From positions 128,001 to 192,000 of the forward strand of contig CAWJIM010000023.1 of NCBI GenBank assembly GCA_963842945.1: a DNA stretch of 64,000 nt, written 5' to 3'. Under the pieces are notes generated by a model. The model saw only the letters and a list, made by a program, of their open reading frames with translations, did no database searches and was not told the DNA's origin. A program made the translations under genes and the position numbers. Origin of the DNA: an uncultured Gemmatimonadales bacterium. GTDB taxonomy: Bacteria; Gemmatimonadota; Gemmatimonadetes; Gemmatimonadales; GWC2-71-9. Position 1 is the first letter of the stretch. Every line of letters begins with the position of its first letter. Below, piece by piece: positions 44,649-55,369 of the stretch.

Positions 44649-46298
44649 TTAAACACCACCCAGGTCAGCTTGCCCGCCTCGACCGTGACCTGCCGGAACA
44701 CCTTCTTCCCCTCGATCTCGGTGCCGATCGTGTAGGTGCCGATGGGGACGTCGCTCACCGCGAAGTGCTCGCCGTAGAGCGGATGCGGAGTGGGCCTTGT
44801 CGCCGTAGGTCTCGGCGAAGGAGAAGGGCGTTTCCGCCGGCTCTCGCTTGATGATGCCGTAGATCCGCGCCTGGGGCATCGGCTTGCCCTGCGCCGTCGA
44901 AGACCTGCCCCGCCACGATTCCGGTGTTGGGCAGCGGCTCGATCCAGAGCTCGGGATTGGTGGTGTAGGGCGGGAAGCGCTGCAGGGAGTCCACGATCGC
45001 GCCCATCGAGTCGGTGGGCGACGCCGACATCTCCAGGTGAAGATGGTCGTTGGTGGCCCGGCCGGTGTTTCCCACCCGGGAGATCACGGTGCCCTTGGTC
45101 ACCTGCTGGCCCACCTTCACCTCAGCGCGGAGTTGTGGTAGTAGGTGGAGTAGATGCGGTAGCGCTTGCCGTTGGCGGTCACCGTGGTGTCGTGCCGGAT
45201 GGTGACGGTGAGCGCGCCCTGCTCCGCCGGTCCGGCGTAGACCACCTTGCCCGAGCCGATGGCGTGCACCGGCGTCCCGTCGGGATTGTTGAACTCGACG
45301 CCCTGGTGCTGCTGGAAGTTGCCGCCCATGGTGGAGCCGTAGCGGTAGGTCTGGTCGATGAAGCAGTTGTCGGTCGGAGCGATGGGCCGGCGGAACCAGA
45401 TGGTGAGCGGAGTCTGCGGGCGCCGCGATGGTGTCCTGGCCTGCTGCCGGAGACAGGGCAAGCGTATCGGCGTTCGGGCCGGAGGCCGCACGGGCGTGCC
45501 CCGGATCAGCTGCTGCCCGATGAGCAGCGCGTTGGCCGGCGCGAACGCCGCGGCGGTGAGCGGCTCGGCCACCCAGCCGGTCGGGGCCGCGCCGGAGCCG
45601 CTGGCTGCCCCGGAGCGTAGCCACGGTCCAGCCCCGGCGGTCCGCCGCCACCCGGCGGACGTATTCGCTCTTGAGCACCGGGAAAGACGGTGTCGGCCGG
45701 GCCCTTGGCCGGCGGGCCGACGGCATCGCCGATGGCGGTCCAGTTGTGCGCCATCGTTGGTCGTCACCTGGAGGCCGTCGGCCGTGCCGATCACGGTGGT
45801 GTCGCCCCGCACCACGATGCCCGACGGCGCCACGTACTGCCATTCCGGCCCCAGCTGATTGTAGGTCCAGTTCTTCCAGGTGGTCGCCGCCGTCGATCGA
45901 GAGTCCCCAGCCGTTGCCGACGGTGCCGTACCAGATCTGGCCCCGGGCGCCGAAGGCAAACGCCTGGACGAAGTCCCAGGAGATCGAGCTGTGCCGTGCT
46001 GGTGGTGTCGTGGCGAATCGACTCCCAGGCGCTGGCGCCCGCCGGGAGACGGTAGATCCCCTGCCCGTAGGTTCCGACCCAGATGGTGCCCTGCGCGATC
46101 GCGCGCGACGGCGAGCACGTGCACGCCCCAGCCGGTGCTGTCCGGCAGCGGCGGCAGCTTGGCCTGCGCGTCGGCCCGGTGCTGACCGCATAGCGCAGGA
46201 ACATCAGCCGCCGAGAACGCAGACGAACGCAATGCCACTGATGAACACGCGATCGAGACACGGATTGGCTGCACGACTGCGACTTGATGCATTGCCAT
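44649..46298 (-). CDS. M23 family metallopeptidase with N-terminal beta-propeller and C-terminal beta-sandwich, frameshifted
   Basis: IWVGTYGQG / IWYGTVGNG propeller blades; HQGVEF..GTPVHA..VGNTGRATNDHLHLE; start uncertain. Confidence 0.85.
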
Positions 46299-46362
46299 CT
46301 GCTGAACGCAGACGAGTTACTGCCTTCGTGAACGCATGCAGCATGGATCGAGTCATCTGCGT

Positions 46363-47097
46363 TTATCTGCGTTCATCCGTGGCTAAGCTCTTCCCTGTCG
46401 GGCCCAGACGAAGCCAGTCGATGAGCACGTGAGCCGGCCGGGTGGCGACGAAGAGCGACCGCTTCGGCCACATCCGCCGGGCGCAGCATCGCCGCCCGGG
46501 GAATGAACCCTCCCGGCGATCGGGGTCGAACGGGTCCCAGACCGAGGTGTCGGTGGGGCCGGGAGACACCAGCGTCAGCCTGCACGCCGGTGCCGCGGTA
46601 TTCCTGGCGACCAGCGTCTCGTGCAGCCCGCGGAGACCGTACTTGCTCGCGGCGTAGGCGGCGTTCTCCGGAAAGCCCACGTGGTCGGCCACGCTGCCGA
46701 CGGTGATGAAGCTGCCCCGCCCGAGCGCGCCATGCGCCGGCAGAAACGCCTGGGCCACGTAAACGGGGCCCGCAGGTTGACCGCCAGCTGCCGGTCGAGC
46801 TCCGCCGGCCCGGTGTTCTCCAACCGCCGGAGCAGGAACGCGCCCGCATTGCTCACCACGATATCGGGCGGGCCATACTCGAGTCCATGATCCGCGACGC
46901 CGAGCCGGCTCACCTGGTCCCATCGGTCAGATCGCAGGGCATGATCCTGCACGTCGCCGCTGGTCCGGCGCTCGCAGCGTCCGCGCCACCCGGACGACGC
47001 GCGCGCCTTCGCCGGCCAGCGAGCTCGGCCACGGCGGCGCCGATGCCGCGGGAGGCCCCGGTCACGAGGGCCACGCCGCCCCTGCGAGCCGGCTCAC
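46363..47097 (-). CDS. SDR family oxidoreductase (sepiapterin-reductase candidate by context), frameshifted
   Basis: [36 protein letters not shown] overlap with the folE stop. Confidence 0.85.
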
Positions 47098-47718
47098 TCG
47101 GAGAAGCGGCCTCCGTACGCCAGGCGCAGGAACTCGTCCCGGGTCTTGGAGTCGTCCCGGAAGATGCCGCGGAGCGCGCTGGTGACCGTGCGGGAGTTCT
47201 GCTTCTCCACCCCGCGCATCATCATGCAGAAGTGGGCCGCCTCGATCACCACGCCGACGCCGGTGGGCTGCAGCACGTCCATGATGGCGTCGGCGATCTG
47301 GTCGGTCAGCCGCTCCTGCACCTGCAGCCGCCGGGCGAAGACATCCACGATGCGGGCGACCTTGGAGAGCCCGAGGATCTTGCCGTTGGGGATGTAGGCG
47401 ACGTGGGCCCGGCCGAAGAACGGCAGCAGGTGGTGCTCGCAGAGCGAGTAGAGCTCGATGTCGCGCACCATGATCATGCTCTGGTGCTTCTCCTCGAACA
47501 CCGCGTCGCCCACCACCTCCTCGACCGTCATCCAGTAGCCCTGGGTGAGAAAGCGGAGCGAGGCCTCGACCCGCTCCGGCGTCTTGAGCAGCCCCTCGCG
47601 TCCCGGATCCTCTCCCAGCGCGGCCAGGATCTCCCGGACCTTGTCGGCGAACGGCTCTGGGAGGGCCTCGGATGGGTCCCGGGTCGCTCGGCCGTCGGCA
47701 CGGTCTAGGCGCCTTCAT
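47094..47718 (-). CDS. folE: GTP cyclohydrolase I
   Basis: [49 protein letters not shown]. Confidence 0.97.
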
Positions 47719-48120
47719 AGTCGACATAGTTCCTCGGGGTCTCCCAGAGGCGGAGCGCGCAGGCGCCAGCTCGGCCGGCAGCGCCGGCGCGAGCTCGCGC
47801 CAGCAGACCAGCGCGATGTTCTCGGAGGTGGGATTCAGGATCTCGAACCAGGGCACGTCGAGATTCAGGTTCTTGTGATCCAGGTGCCGGAGCAGCCGCT
47901 CCTGGGCCAGCTCCTTCAGCTTGTTGAGGTCCATCACATAGCCGGTCTCGGGATTGATCTCGCCCTCGACGGTCAGCTCCAGCTCGTAGTTGTGGCCGTG
48001 GAAGTTCGGGTTGCTGCACTCCCCGAACGTCTCCCGGTTCCACTCGTCGGAGAACCGGGGATTGTGCAGGCGGTGGGCGGCGTTGAAGTGCACGCGGCGG
48101 GTGACGGCGCAGCGGGGCAT
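47705..48120 (-). CDS. 6-pyruvoyl-tetrahydropterin synthase family protein, PTPS-II-type motif (frameshift near 47760)
   Basis: [18 protein letters not shown] (Cx5HGH), LDHKNLN, PTSEN, LWETPRN. Confidence 0.92.
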
Positions 48121-48128
48121 GTTAGCGA

Positions 48129-48257
48129 GAGCTGGAGCTATGAGTCTGGAGCTCAGGAGCTGGGAGCTGGGAGCGTGGCAGTGAAGCGCCATGAGAACGA
48201 AACTACTCGGTCCACGGAGTCAGCTCCTAGCTCCCGACTCCCGAGCTCCCGACTCCC
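48129..48257. repeat. Inverted heptamer arrays (GGAGCTG)n ... (CAGCTCC/GACTCCC)n
   Basis: Seen directly in the intergenic spacer upstream of the PTPS gene. Confidence 0.65.
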
Positions 48258-48285
48258 AAACAAAACGCCGACCCGAAGATCGGCG
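48257..48285 (-). terminator. Rho-independent terminator of the 6S-like RNA
   Basis: CGCCGA/TCGGCG stem followed by TTTTGTTT on the minus strand. Confidence 0.75.
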
Positions 48286-48286
48286 C

Positions 48287-48450
48287 AGAGTGGAACGGCA
48301 GCGGAAGGATTATTGAAGCCCAATGAGAAAGCTTGGCGCCCTCACCATAACGTCTGTCTTCCCCCGAGGGGCATGACATCAGCCACAGCATTCGGGCCCT
48401 TCATCGGACCTGTTGGCTCAATAACGTGGCTCCCCGCTACCGCCCACTCC
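48287..48450 (-). ncRNA. ssrS: Probable 6S RNA
   Basis: About 165-nt rod: 5' GAGTGGGCGGTAGCGGG pairs with 3' TCCGCTGCCGTTCCACTC, TTATTGAGCCAA pairs with TTGGGCTTCAATAA, central bubble, GU-rich terminal stem that pairs only on the minus strand; own promoter and terminator. Confidence 0.7.
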
Positions 48451-48455
48451 GATGT

Positions 48456-48483
48456 AAAATAGGACTGCACTCTGCACGGTCAA
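48456..48483 (-). promoter_or_regulatory. Sigma-70 promoter of the 6S-like RNA
   Basis: TTGACC-N16-TATTTT ending 5 nt upstream of the rod's first base. Confidence 0.7.
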
Positions 48484-48510
48484 CCGACACACCACCGAGG
48501 TGATACGTCC

Positions 48511-48656
48511 ATGCTCGCCACGCTTCTGCTGGCCCTCGCGTCTCTCGTCGCCTGGGCGGTGCTCACCTTCGGCCTGGGCCCCCAGCCCGGCGTCGTCCAC
48601 CTGCTGCTCGCCCTCGGCACCACCTCCTGGTGCGCTGGTGGGCCCTCCGAACCTAG
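48511..48656 (+). CDS. Small (about 48 aa) two-helix membrane protein, probable frameshift near 48625
   Basis: GAGGT RBS; MLATLLLALASLVAWAVLTFGLGPQPGVVHLLLALGTT. Confidence 0.5.
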
Positions 48657-48817
48657 CCTGTAGCATTTTGGGAAGTCGTGTTGACGAATCACTACACGGA
48701 TTGAGGACTTTCGGACCTCGACCCGACCTTCACGGACCCGAGGTATTCCCTTGCCCGCCAAGCTCTTGCGGCAGCAGGTCCCGAGGCAATACTTAGGGAA
48801 GGTGATGGGCACAAATA

Positions 48818-49664
48818 GTGCTTCCCACCGCCGTTCTCGACGCCCCCACTTGTCAGCTCTGCCGGGATGGTGCGCTTGGAACTCCGCGGTTCGCTCAAGG
48901 CCTTCGCATGATGCGCTGGATGGAGTCTCTGGTCGAGCGAGCCGGCGCGGGCGGCCTCCCTACCATCCAGAGGCTCTGGGCCTTCGACCGGCAAGGACCA
49001 GAGCGGCGTTGGGGTGGGCGAGCGCGATTACCTGCCGCGCCGCGGCCTGAACGTTCTGGTAGCGCTGATCGCACTGATCCTGCTCTTCCCTCTGCTCCTG
49101 ATGATTGCCCTGCTGGTCTGGCTCACCTCGCCGGGCCCGATTCTCTACACCCAGGTCCGGGTGGGTCTCGACCGCCGACTGCCGGTGGACGCCAACCAGA
49201 ACCAGCGGCGTGAGCGGGACATCGGCGGCAAGCCCTTCACGATTTACAAGTTCCGCACCATGCGGGTGGACGCCGAGCATCAGAGCGGCGCGGTCTGGGC
49301 CCAGCAGCGCGATCCGCGGGTCACCTCGATCGGCCGGCTCCTGCGCCAGTACCGCCTGGACGAGCTGCCCCAGCTGATCAACGTGCTCAAGGGCGAGATG
49401 AACATCGTGGGTCCCCGCCCGGAGCGGCCCACCATCTTCGCCGAGCTGCGGGAGCACATCGCCGAGTACCCGCTGCGGCAGCGGGCCCGGCCGGGAATCA
49501 CCGGGCTGGCTCAGATCAATCACCACTACGACCGCTCGCTGGACGATGTGCGCACCAAGGTGCGCTACGACCTCGAGTACCTGCAGCGCCAGTCGGCGGC
49601 CGAAGACTTCCGCATCATGCTGAAGACCCTCCCCGTGATACTCCGCCGTCGCGGCGGCTGGTAA
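48818..49664 (+). CDS. Initiating sugar transferase (polyprenyl glycosyl-1-phosphate transferase, Bac_transf)
   Basis: FTIYKFRTM, DPRVTSIGRLLR..LDELPQLINVLKGEMNIVGPRPE, PGITGLAQ; start uncertain (frameshift near 49015). Confidence 0.93.
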
Positions 49665-49763
49665 GTCCGGCCTCGCAACCAATCCCTACAACTGTTAGAG
49701 TTCCCCGGCCATTGAGCTCGGCGCACCCTTTATGCCCGGGCCGTCCGACGTCTACCCGAGGCT

Positions 49764-51302
49764 GTGATGGAGCTGGCGGAATCTCGCACTGTGGAGCGAA
49801 GCACCAGCCGGAGCGCGACCCTGCTGCTCGGCGCGCTGGTGCTGTTCGGATTCGTGCTGCGCTTCTGGCGCCTGGGGAACTGGAGCTTCGAGAGCGATGA
49901 GGTCTTCATGCTCCGGGATTCGCTCCATCCCGCGATCCGAAACCCGAGGCCGCTGCTCTACTTCCTGAACCATTACGTGATTGCACCGTTCATCCCCCTC
50001 GACGAGTTCGGGCTCAGGCTCCTGCCTGCACTGTTCGGGGCGTTGGCCATTCCGGCGTTCTACGCAGTGAGCCGGCGTCTGGTGGGGACTCGATCCGCGC
50101 TGTTCGCCACCTTCCTGCTGACCGTCAGTCCCCTGCTGGTGATTTTCTCCCAGTTTGCCCGCTACTGGTCGCTCGTCTTCCTGCTTTGCGCGGTGTATCC
50201 CTACGCGCTCTACCTGGGCGTAAGAGAGCGGGACCGGCGGATGCTGATCCTGGGCCTGGTGACGCTGGTGCTGGCTTGCCTGGCCCATCCCGCATCGGCG
50301 CTGTTGCTTGGCGGGCCGGGCGTCTGGCTCGCGTTCACCTATCTGCGTCCCACCTACATCCGGCGGGCCTGGGATCAGAAGGTCGTGCGCTGGGGGATCA
50401 TTGCCGGGCTGGTCGTGGCCATGATCATCGCGATGCGCTTCGTTCCTATCCTGCTGCGCTGGGTGTCACTGCACGATACCAAGGGACCGTTCGGGCAGTA
50501 TCTGTTGGGTCCCAAGCTGGCTCCCGGGCTCAAGCAGCTCAAATACCTGCTGGCGTACGCCGAGGGTCTGACTCTCACGGTCACCGTGACCGGAGCGGTG
50601 GGCGTGTATATCCTGGCTAAGAGAGGCGACCGAGCGCTGGCCGCCTACCTCGCCAGCGTGGCGCTCTTTCCCATAATCTTTCTGACACTGGTGTCGCTCC
50701 GAACGCCGGTATCCACCTATTATCTGCTCCCCACCACGCCGGTGTTCTTCATCGGGGCGGGCGTGTTTCTGAGCCGGATATTGGAGATGGACTGGGGACT
50801 GCGGGCCCGGTGGCTGATGCCGGCCACCGTGCTGCTGCTGATCCTCCACGCGGGCACGCCGACACTGATCTCCCAGTACCGCAACGGCCGGCGCTATGAC
50901 TTCCGGGCCGCGGCGCGCTGGCTGGAGAAGCGACTCAAGCCCAACGACGTGGTCTTCTCCGACCAGCCGGAGGCGATGGGCTACTATTTGCCCAAGAAGG
51001 GTGTGCAGCAGCTCAGGTTCAACACCGAGCCGCTTAAGGATTCGCTGCAGGCCATGCGCCGCGATGGCCGGGAGGGGACACTCTGGATCGTTGCTCCGGC
51101 GCCGGCCCACGCTTTTCGCACCAATCTGAGGCAGGGCGGCCTGGCCACGTGGATGTACGGCAATTGCCAGCTGCGGAATTCGCTGGGAGCCGGGCGGCTC
51201 GATTTCCGGCAACAGTACCTGCAGATCTACCGGTGCCCACCCGAGGTCCCCAGTATGGCAGACCCACCTTCGGTCTCGAGGGTCAAGCCCTCAGCGCGAT
51301 AG
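49764..51302 (+). CDS. GT-C fold glycosyltransferase (GT39/PMT-ArnT-like)
   Basis: LRFWRLGNWSFESDE motif after the first TM, PLLYFL, FSQFARYWS, many TM helices. Confidence 0.85.
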   Translation: MMELAESRTVERSTSRSATLLLGALVLFGFVLRFWRLGNWSFESDEVFMLRDSLHPAIRNPRPLLYFLNHYVIAPFIPLDEFGLRLLPALFGALAIPAFYAVSRRLVGTRSALFATFLLTVSPLLVIFSQFARYWSLVFLLCAVYPYALYLGVRERDRRMLILGLVTLVLACLAHPASALLLGGPGVWLAFTYLRPTYIRRAWDQKVVRWGIIAGLVVAMIIAMRFVPILLRWVSLHDTKGPFGQYLLGPKLAPGLKQLKYLLAYAEGLTLTVTVTGAVGVYILAKRGDRALAAYLASVALFPIIFLTLVSLRTPVSTYYLLPTTPVFFIGAGVFLSRILEMDWGLRARWLMPATVLLLILHAGTPTLISQYRNGRRYDFRAAARWLEKRLKPNDVVFSDQPEAMGYYLPKKGVQQLRFNTEPLKDSLQAMRRDGREGTLWIVAPAPAHAFRTNLRQGGLATWMYGNCQLRNSLGAGRLDFRQQYLQIYRCPPEVPSMADPPSVSRVKPSAR

Positions 51303-52493
51303 TGTAGGGGCGAGCTTCAGTCCCTTCCGGGCCGACACCTGACGGTACAGATCCTCCCATCGCTCGACCACTCGGCCCAATCCGTAGTGCACCCGGACGT
51401 GCTCTCGCCCGCGCTCGCCCATGGCTCGGCGCTCCTCCGGCGCCTGCTGCATCAGCCGCAACATGGCCTGTCCCAGAGCCTCGTGGTCTCGGGGGGGGAC
51501 CAGATATCCGCTCTCGCCGTCGCGCACCACCTCGTGGTTTCCTCCCACCCGGGTGGCCACGATTGGGAGACCGGCGGCGGCCGCCTCGAGCAGCGCGATC
51601 GGCATCCCCTCCCAGGCGGAGGACATGATGTAGCCGTCGGCCGAGGCCATGACCTCCGGCACGTCGGAGCGGATGCCGAGGAAACGGACCCGATCGCCCA
51701 GGCCCAACGACTGGGAGAGCGACTCAGTCTCCTCCTGCAAGGAGCCGTGCCCAACCAGGAGCAGCACCGCGCTCGACTCGCGCTGACGCACCTGGGCAAA
51801 GGCATGAAGCATGTTGGGATAGTCCTTGGCGATCTCGAAGCGCCCGACCGCGAGCCAGACAAACTCGTGATCCTTGACGCCGATCGAGGATCGCAGCGCC
51901 TCACGCGTTCCCGGCGCCACCTGCCGGAATCGCTCGGTGTCGACGCCGTTGGGGACGCAGGTGAGCAGCTCCCGGGGGACGATGCGCTCGTTGACAAACC
52001 GGTCGGCCGCCGCCTCACTGATGATGGTCATGTGGTCCACCAGCCCATTACTGATCCGATAGGCCGCCATCCAGAGTGGGCCGCCCTCGTAGATATTGTG
52101 AATGGTGGAGACCATGACCGGAATGGGGGCAAAGAGCCGGGCCACCCGCGCCATGAGATTGGCGTGGACCATGTGGCTGTGCAGCACATCCGGCTTCCAG
52201 GCCCGCACCAGCCGGATGAGGCGAATCAGGCCTCGTGGGTCGGGAACACCGCGGCGCATGTCCAGGCTCTCGGTGCGGATCCCCTGGCCTCTTGCCTCGA
52301 GGCCCATGGGTCCGAGCTCGGTGAGCGACACGATGCATACGTCGTGTCCCTGAGCGTGCATCAGCTGTGCGGCGGAGAGCAGTTGCTTGTCCGCTCCGCC
52401 CATGCCCATGCTGGTGGAGAGAAACATCACGCGCATGGCTGGCGGCTTAGCAGTCCCATTGTGTTCGTCGCCTGACCCGGGCATACTCAACAT
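51291..52493 (-). CDS. GT4 glycosyltransferase
   Basis: GGADKQ, PNGVD, AVGRFEIAKDY, EGMPIALLEAAAAG. Confidence 0.93.
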   Translation of the reverse strand: MLSMPGSGDEHNGTAKPPAMRVMFLSTSMGMGGADKQLLSAAQLMHAQGHDVCIVSLTELGPMGLEARGQGIRTESLDMRRGVPDPRGLIRLIRLVRAWKPDVLHSHMVHANLMARVARLFAPIPVMVSTIHNIYEGGPLWMAAYRISNGLVDHMTIISEAAADRFVNERIVPRELLTCVPNGVDTERFRQVAPGTREALRSSIGVKDHEFVWLAVGRFEIAKDYPNMLHAFAQVRQRESSAVLLLVGHGSLQEETESLSQSLGLGDRVRFLGIRSDVPEVMASADGYIMSSAWEGMPIALLEAAAAGLPIVATRVGGNHEVVRDGESGYLVPPRDHEALGQAMLRLMQQAPEERRAMGERGREHVRVHYGLGRVVERWEDLYRQVSARKGLKLAPTLSR

Positions 52494-52532
52494 CCACCGG
52501 ATGACCTGGTTGATCCCACTCCACTCGACTTC

Positions 52533-53303
52533 ATGCCAGCAACGCTCCGACGTTTTATAGACCTGAACCGTCGGGTTTCCCGCTGGGAACGCTCTCTGGT
52601 TTCCCGGCTGGTTCCCGGCTGCGCCGCCGACGGCACCGTGGATTTTCGCGACCGGGTGCTTCCCAGCCTCATCCGGCCCGGCATGCGCCTGCTCGACGTG
52701 GGCGGCGGGAAGGAGCCGGCGATCTCACCCGCCATGAAGCAGCGATACGGGTTGCGGATTACCGGCCTCGACGTCTCCGCCAACGAGCTGGAGCAGGCGC
52801 CGGCCGGCTCCTTCGACCAGACCATCGTGGGGGACGTGGCCACCGTCAGCATTCCCGGCAGCTATGATCTGATCTTTTCCCGCGCCGTGCTGGAGCACGT
52901 GGCTAACCCTCGCGCGGCCGTTGCCAATCTTGCCCGCGTGCTCGCGCCGGGCGGCACCATGGCGCACTTCATGCCCTGCGGCAACGCGCCCTTTGCGGTG
53001 CTGAATCGCTGGCTGGGGAACAAGGCCGCTCGGCGCCTGCTCTTCAGCATTTTCCCGGAGAAGGAAAAGGGAAGCGGATTCCTGGCCTATTACCGGGAAT
53101 GCACCCCCAGCCGGCTGCTCCGGATCTGCCAGGAAAACGGCCTGGAGCTGGACCGGATCTATCCCTACTACAACTCGGACTACACCTCGTTCTTTGCCCC
53201 GGCGTATACCCTCGAAACCATTCGCCAGGCGCTGATGTGCACCCTGCGTCTGAGCGACTTTGCCGAGTCGTTTGCCGTGGTGGTTCGCAAGCCCTCAGGT
53301 TAG
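52533..53303 (+). CDS. Class I SAM-dependent methyltransferase
   Basis: LLDVGGG, GLDVS, YDLIFSRAVLEHV, RVLAPGG. Confidence 0.9.
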   Translation: MPATLRRFIDLNRRVSRWERSLVSRLVPGCAADGTVDFRDRVLPSLIRPGMRLLDVGGGKEPAISPAMKQRYGLRITGLDVSANELEQAPAGSFDQTIVGDVATVSIPGSYDLIFSRAVLEHVANPRAAVANLARVLAPGGTMAHFMPCGNAPFAVLNRWLGNKAARRLLFSIFPEKEKGSGFLAYYRECTPSRLLRICQENGLELDRIYPYYNSDYTSFFAPAYTLETIRQALMCTLRLSDFAESFAVVVRKPSG

Positions 53304-54119
53304 GTCTCGCTCCTCCGACCCGCCCAGGGTGCGGCGGAGCACTCGCTTCAGCGGCGTAGGACAATAGGCGTAGCCATATCGCCCCAGGGCGAACAGGTAC
53401 ATCCAGGGCGGCAGCTTGAGCTCGCGGACAACCTTTGCCTGCACCTTGGCCAGCGCTCGCTGGCGGTCCACATACTTGAACGACCGGTGGAAGAAGCTGG
53501 TGGAGTGCACGTAGTGCTCTCCCAGAAGCTCGGGCACATTGGCAAAGCGCCACCCCAGCTTGGCCGCCTTGAGCCAGAGAAGCTGGTCCTCCAGGTCGGC
53601 TACCTCGGGGTAGCCGCCTGCCTCGGTCCACACCCGCTTCCGAAACATCGCAATGGTATTGGCCATGGGGATTGCTCGGGCCATGGCCGGAATGATCTCC
53701 TCGTGCTGGCTGGGCGGCATGCGGACGTAGCGCTCGTTCCGGTTCTGATCGATCACGAGATAGTGTCCCCCGACGACGCCGACCCTGGGGTTGGCATCGA
53801 GCACGGCGACCTGGAGCCGGAGCCGGTCAGGGTAGCTGCGGTCATCGAAGTCCTGCCGAGCGACGTACTCACTCCGTGCCTGGTTGACTCCGAAGTTGGC
53901 TGCTCCGGTGATGCCGAGCCGTCCGGGTGAGAAGACTCGCACCCGGGAATCGCGGCGCTCGAGATCCCGGAGGATCTCCTCGGTCTTGTCCTGAGAGCCA
54001 TCGTTCACCAGCACCCACTCGAAGTCGGTCAAAGTCTGGTTCAGGATTCCCGGGATGGCGCGATCAACATACGGCTCGCCGTTGTACACGGTGGTTACTA
54101 CGCTCACCCGCGGAGTCAT
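53295..54119 (-). CDS. GT2 glycosyltransferase
   Basis: VSVVTTVYNGE, VNDGSQD, ARQDFDD, EDQLLW. Confidence 0.92.
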   Translation of the reverse strand: MTPRVSVVTTVYNGEPYVDRAIPGILNQTLTDFEWVLVNDGSQDKTEEILRDLERRDSRVRVFSPGRLGITGAANFGVNQARSEYVARQDFDDRSYPDRLRLQVAVLDANPRVGVVGGHYLVIDQNRNERYVRMPPSQHEEIIPAMARAIPMANTIAMFRKRVWTEAGGYPEVADLEDQLLWLKAAKLGWRFANVPELLGEHYVHSTSFFHRSFKYVDRQRALAKVQAKVVRELKLPPWMYLFALGRYGYAYCPTPLKRVLRRTLGGSEERDLT

Positions 54120-55369
54120 CGGTTGGTCCCTCGCCGCGCACTGGGCGCCCCGATGGGACCCGGCCGGCCCCGCACCGGCCCGCGGAACTGAGGAGCACCG
54201 GCGTACTCCGGAGTTGGGGCCGCCGGCCGCCAGGCGAGCGAAGGCGCCCGGGCTAGTCCAACCAGGGCGGCGAGCACGAACCAGACGCTCTTTCGGTCGT
54301 CCCAGCTCAGCGGCAGCATGGCTACCGCAATGGTGGCGAGTAGCACCAGCGCAAAGCGGCGCTCCATCCCTCGCAGCCGCATCAGGGAGAGGAATACCGC
54401 GATAAACATGGTCAGGTATAACAAGAGCCCGATGAGGCCCTCTTCGACCAGCACGGAGAGATAGGAGTTGTGGGCCACCTGGGTGGCCGACCCCAGCTGC
54501 GGCATCACCGCGATCTTGAACGAGCCGCTGCCGTATCCGATCAGCGGCCGCTGGGCGAACGCGTTGATACCGGCCTTCCAGATTCGGAGGCGCCCGCCCA
54601 GGCTCATATCCTCCACTGCGGTCGTGGTGCTCGAGAGCCGGCTGACGATAGTCTGCGGGACGTAGGCCACCGCGACACCGCCCGAGATCGCCAGCAGAGC
54701 GATCGCGAGCGCCAGCTTTCCCGGCGAGAGTCGAGTCATGGTGAGTGGCACGATGAGGAGGGCCACAAGGCTTGCGATCATGCCGCCCCGCGACCCGGTG
54801 AGCGCGATGGCGAGGAGACCGATCGGGAGGTATCCCCGGCAGGCCCAGCGTATGATGGGCCGGTGATAGGTCATGCCGAGATACCACGCCATAGGGATGG
54901 CGGCGGCGAGCGTCATCGCCAGGTCATTGGGGTCTCCGCCGCCGCCGGCAAAGCGCCCGGCGGCGCCGCCCGCTCTGCGGTAGAGCAGGATGGTGTCCAG
55001 GGCCGAGACATAGGAGCCCAACACATACGCGCTCAGCAGCCCGATCAGCCGCGGGCGCGTGGGGGCAAGCTCCCAGATCATCCAGACCATCACCAGCAAC
55101 TGCACGAAGGTCCAGAATTTCCTGGGCATGACCGCCGGATTGTAGACAATCAGCAGCACGCCTGCGGCCCAGACTACGAATAGCAGCGCGGCGACATGGA
55201 AGACGTGCCACCGCCGAAACCGGCCGGATGTGACATTGAGCACCAGCGTCAGAGCAACCGCCACCGCACCGATCACCCGGCTGAATACGCCGACGCCGGG
55301 GATCACGATGAAGTTCTCCCAGGGCAGGGAGAAGACGAAGAACCAGACGGCGGCATAGCCAATCGACAT
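54116..55369 (-). CDS. O-antigen ligase / Wzy polymerase family membrane protein
   Basis: DPNDLA, LTGSRGG, GRLRIW, PLIGYGSG, AHNSYLSVLVEEGLIG. Confidence 0.9.
   Translation of the reverse strand: MSIGYAAVWFFVFSLPWENFIVIPGVGVFSRVIGAVAVALTLVLNVTSGRFRRWHVFHVAALLFVVWAAGVLLIVYNPAVMPRKFWTFVQLLVMVWMIWELAPTRPRLIGLLSAYVLGSYVSALDTILLYRRAGGAAGRFAGGGGDPNDLAMTLAAAIPMAWYLGMTYHRPIIRWACRGYLPIGLLAIALTGSRGGMIASLVALLIVPLTMTRLSPGKLALAIALLAISGGVAVAYVPQTIVSRLSSTTTAVEDMSLGGRLRIWKAGINAFAQRPLIGYGSGSFKIAVMPQLGSATQVAHNSYLSVLVEEGLIGLLLYLTMFIAVFLSLMRLRGMERRFALVLLATIAVAMLPLSWDDRKSVWFVLAALVGLARAPSLAWRPAAPTPEYAGAPQFRGPVRGRPGPIGAPSARRGTNR

Noticed and set aside
47705..48120. Naming this gene queD
   Set aside because: The active-site spacing is Cx5HGH (PTPS-II type) and no queC/E/F genes are adjacent.
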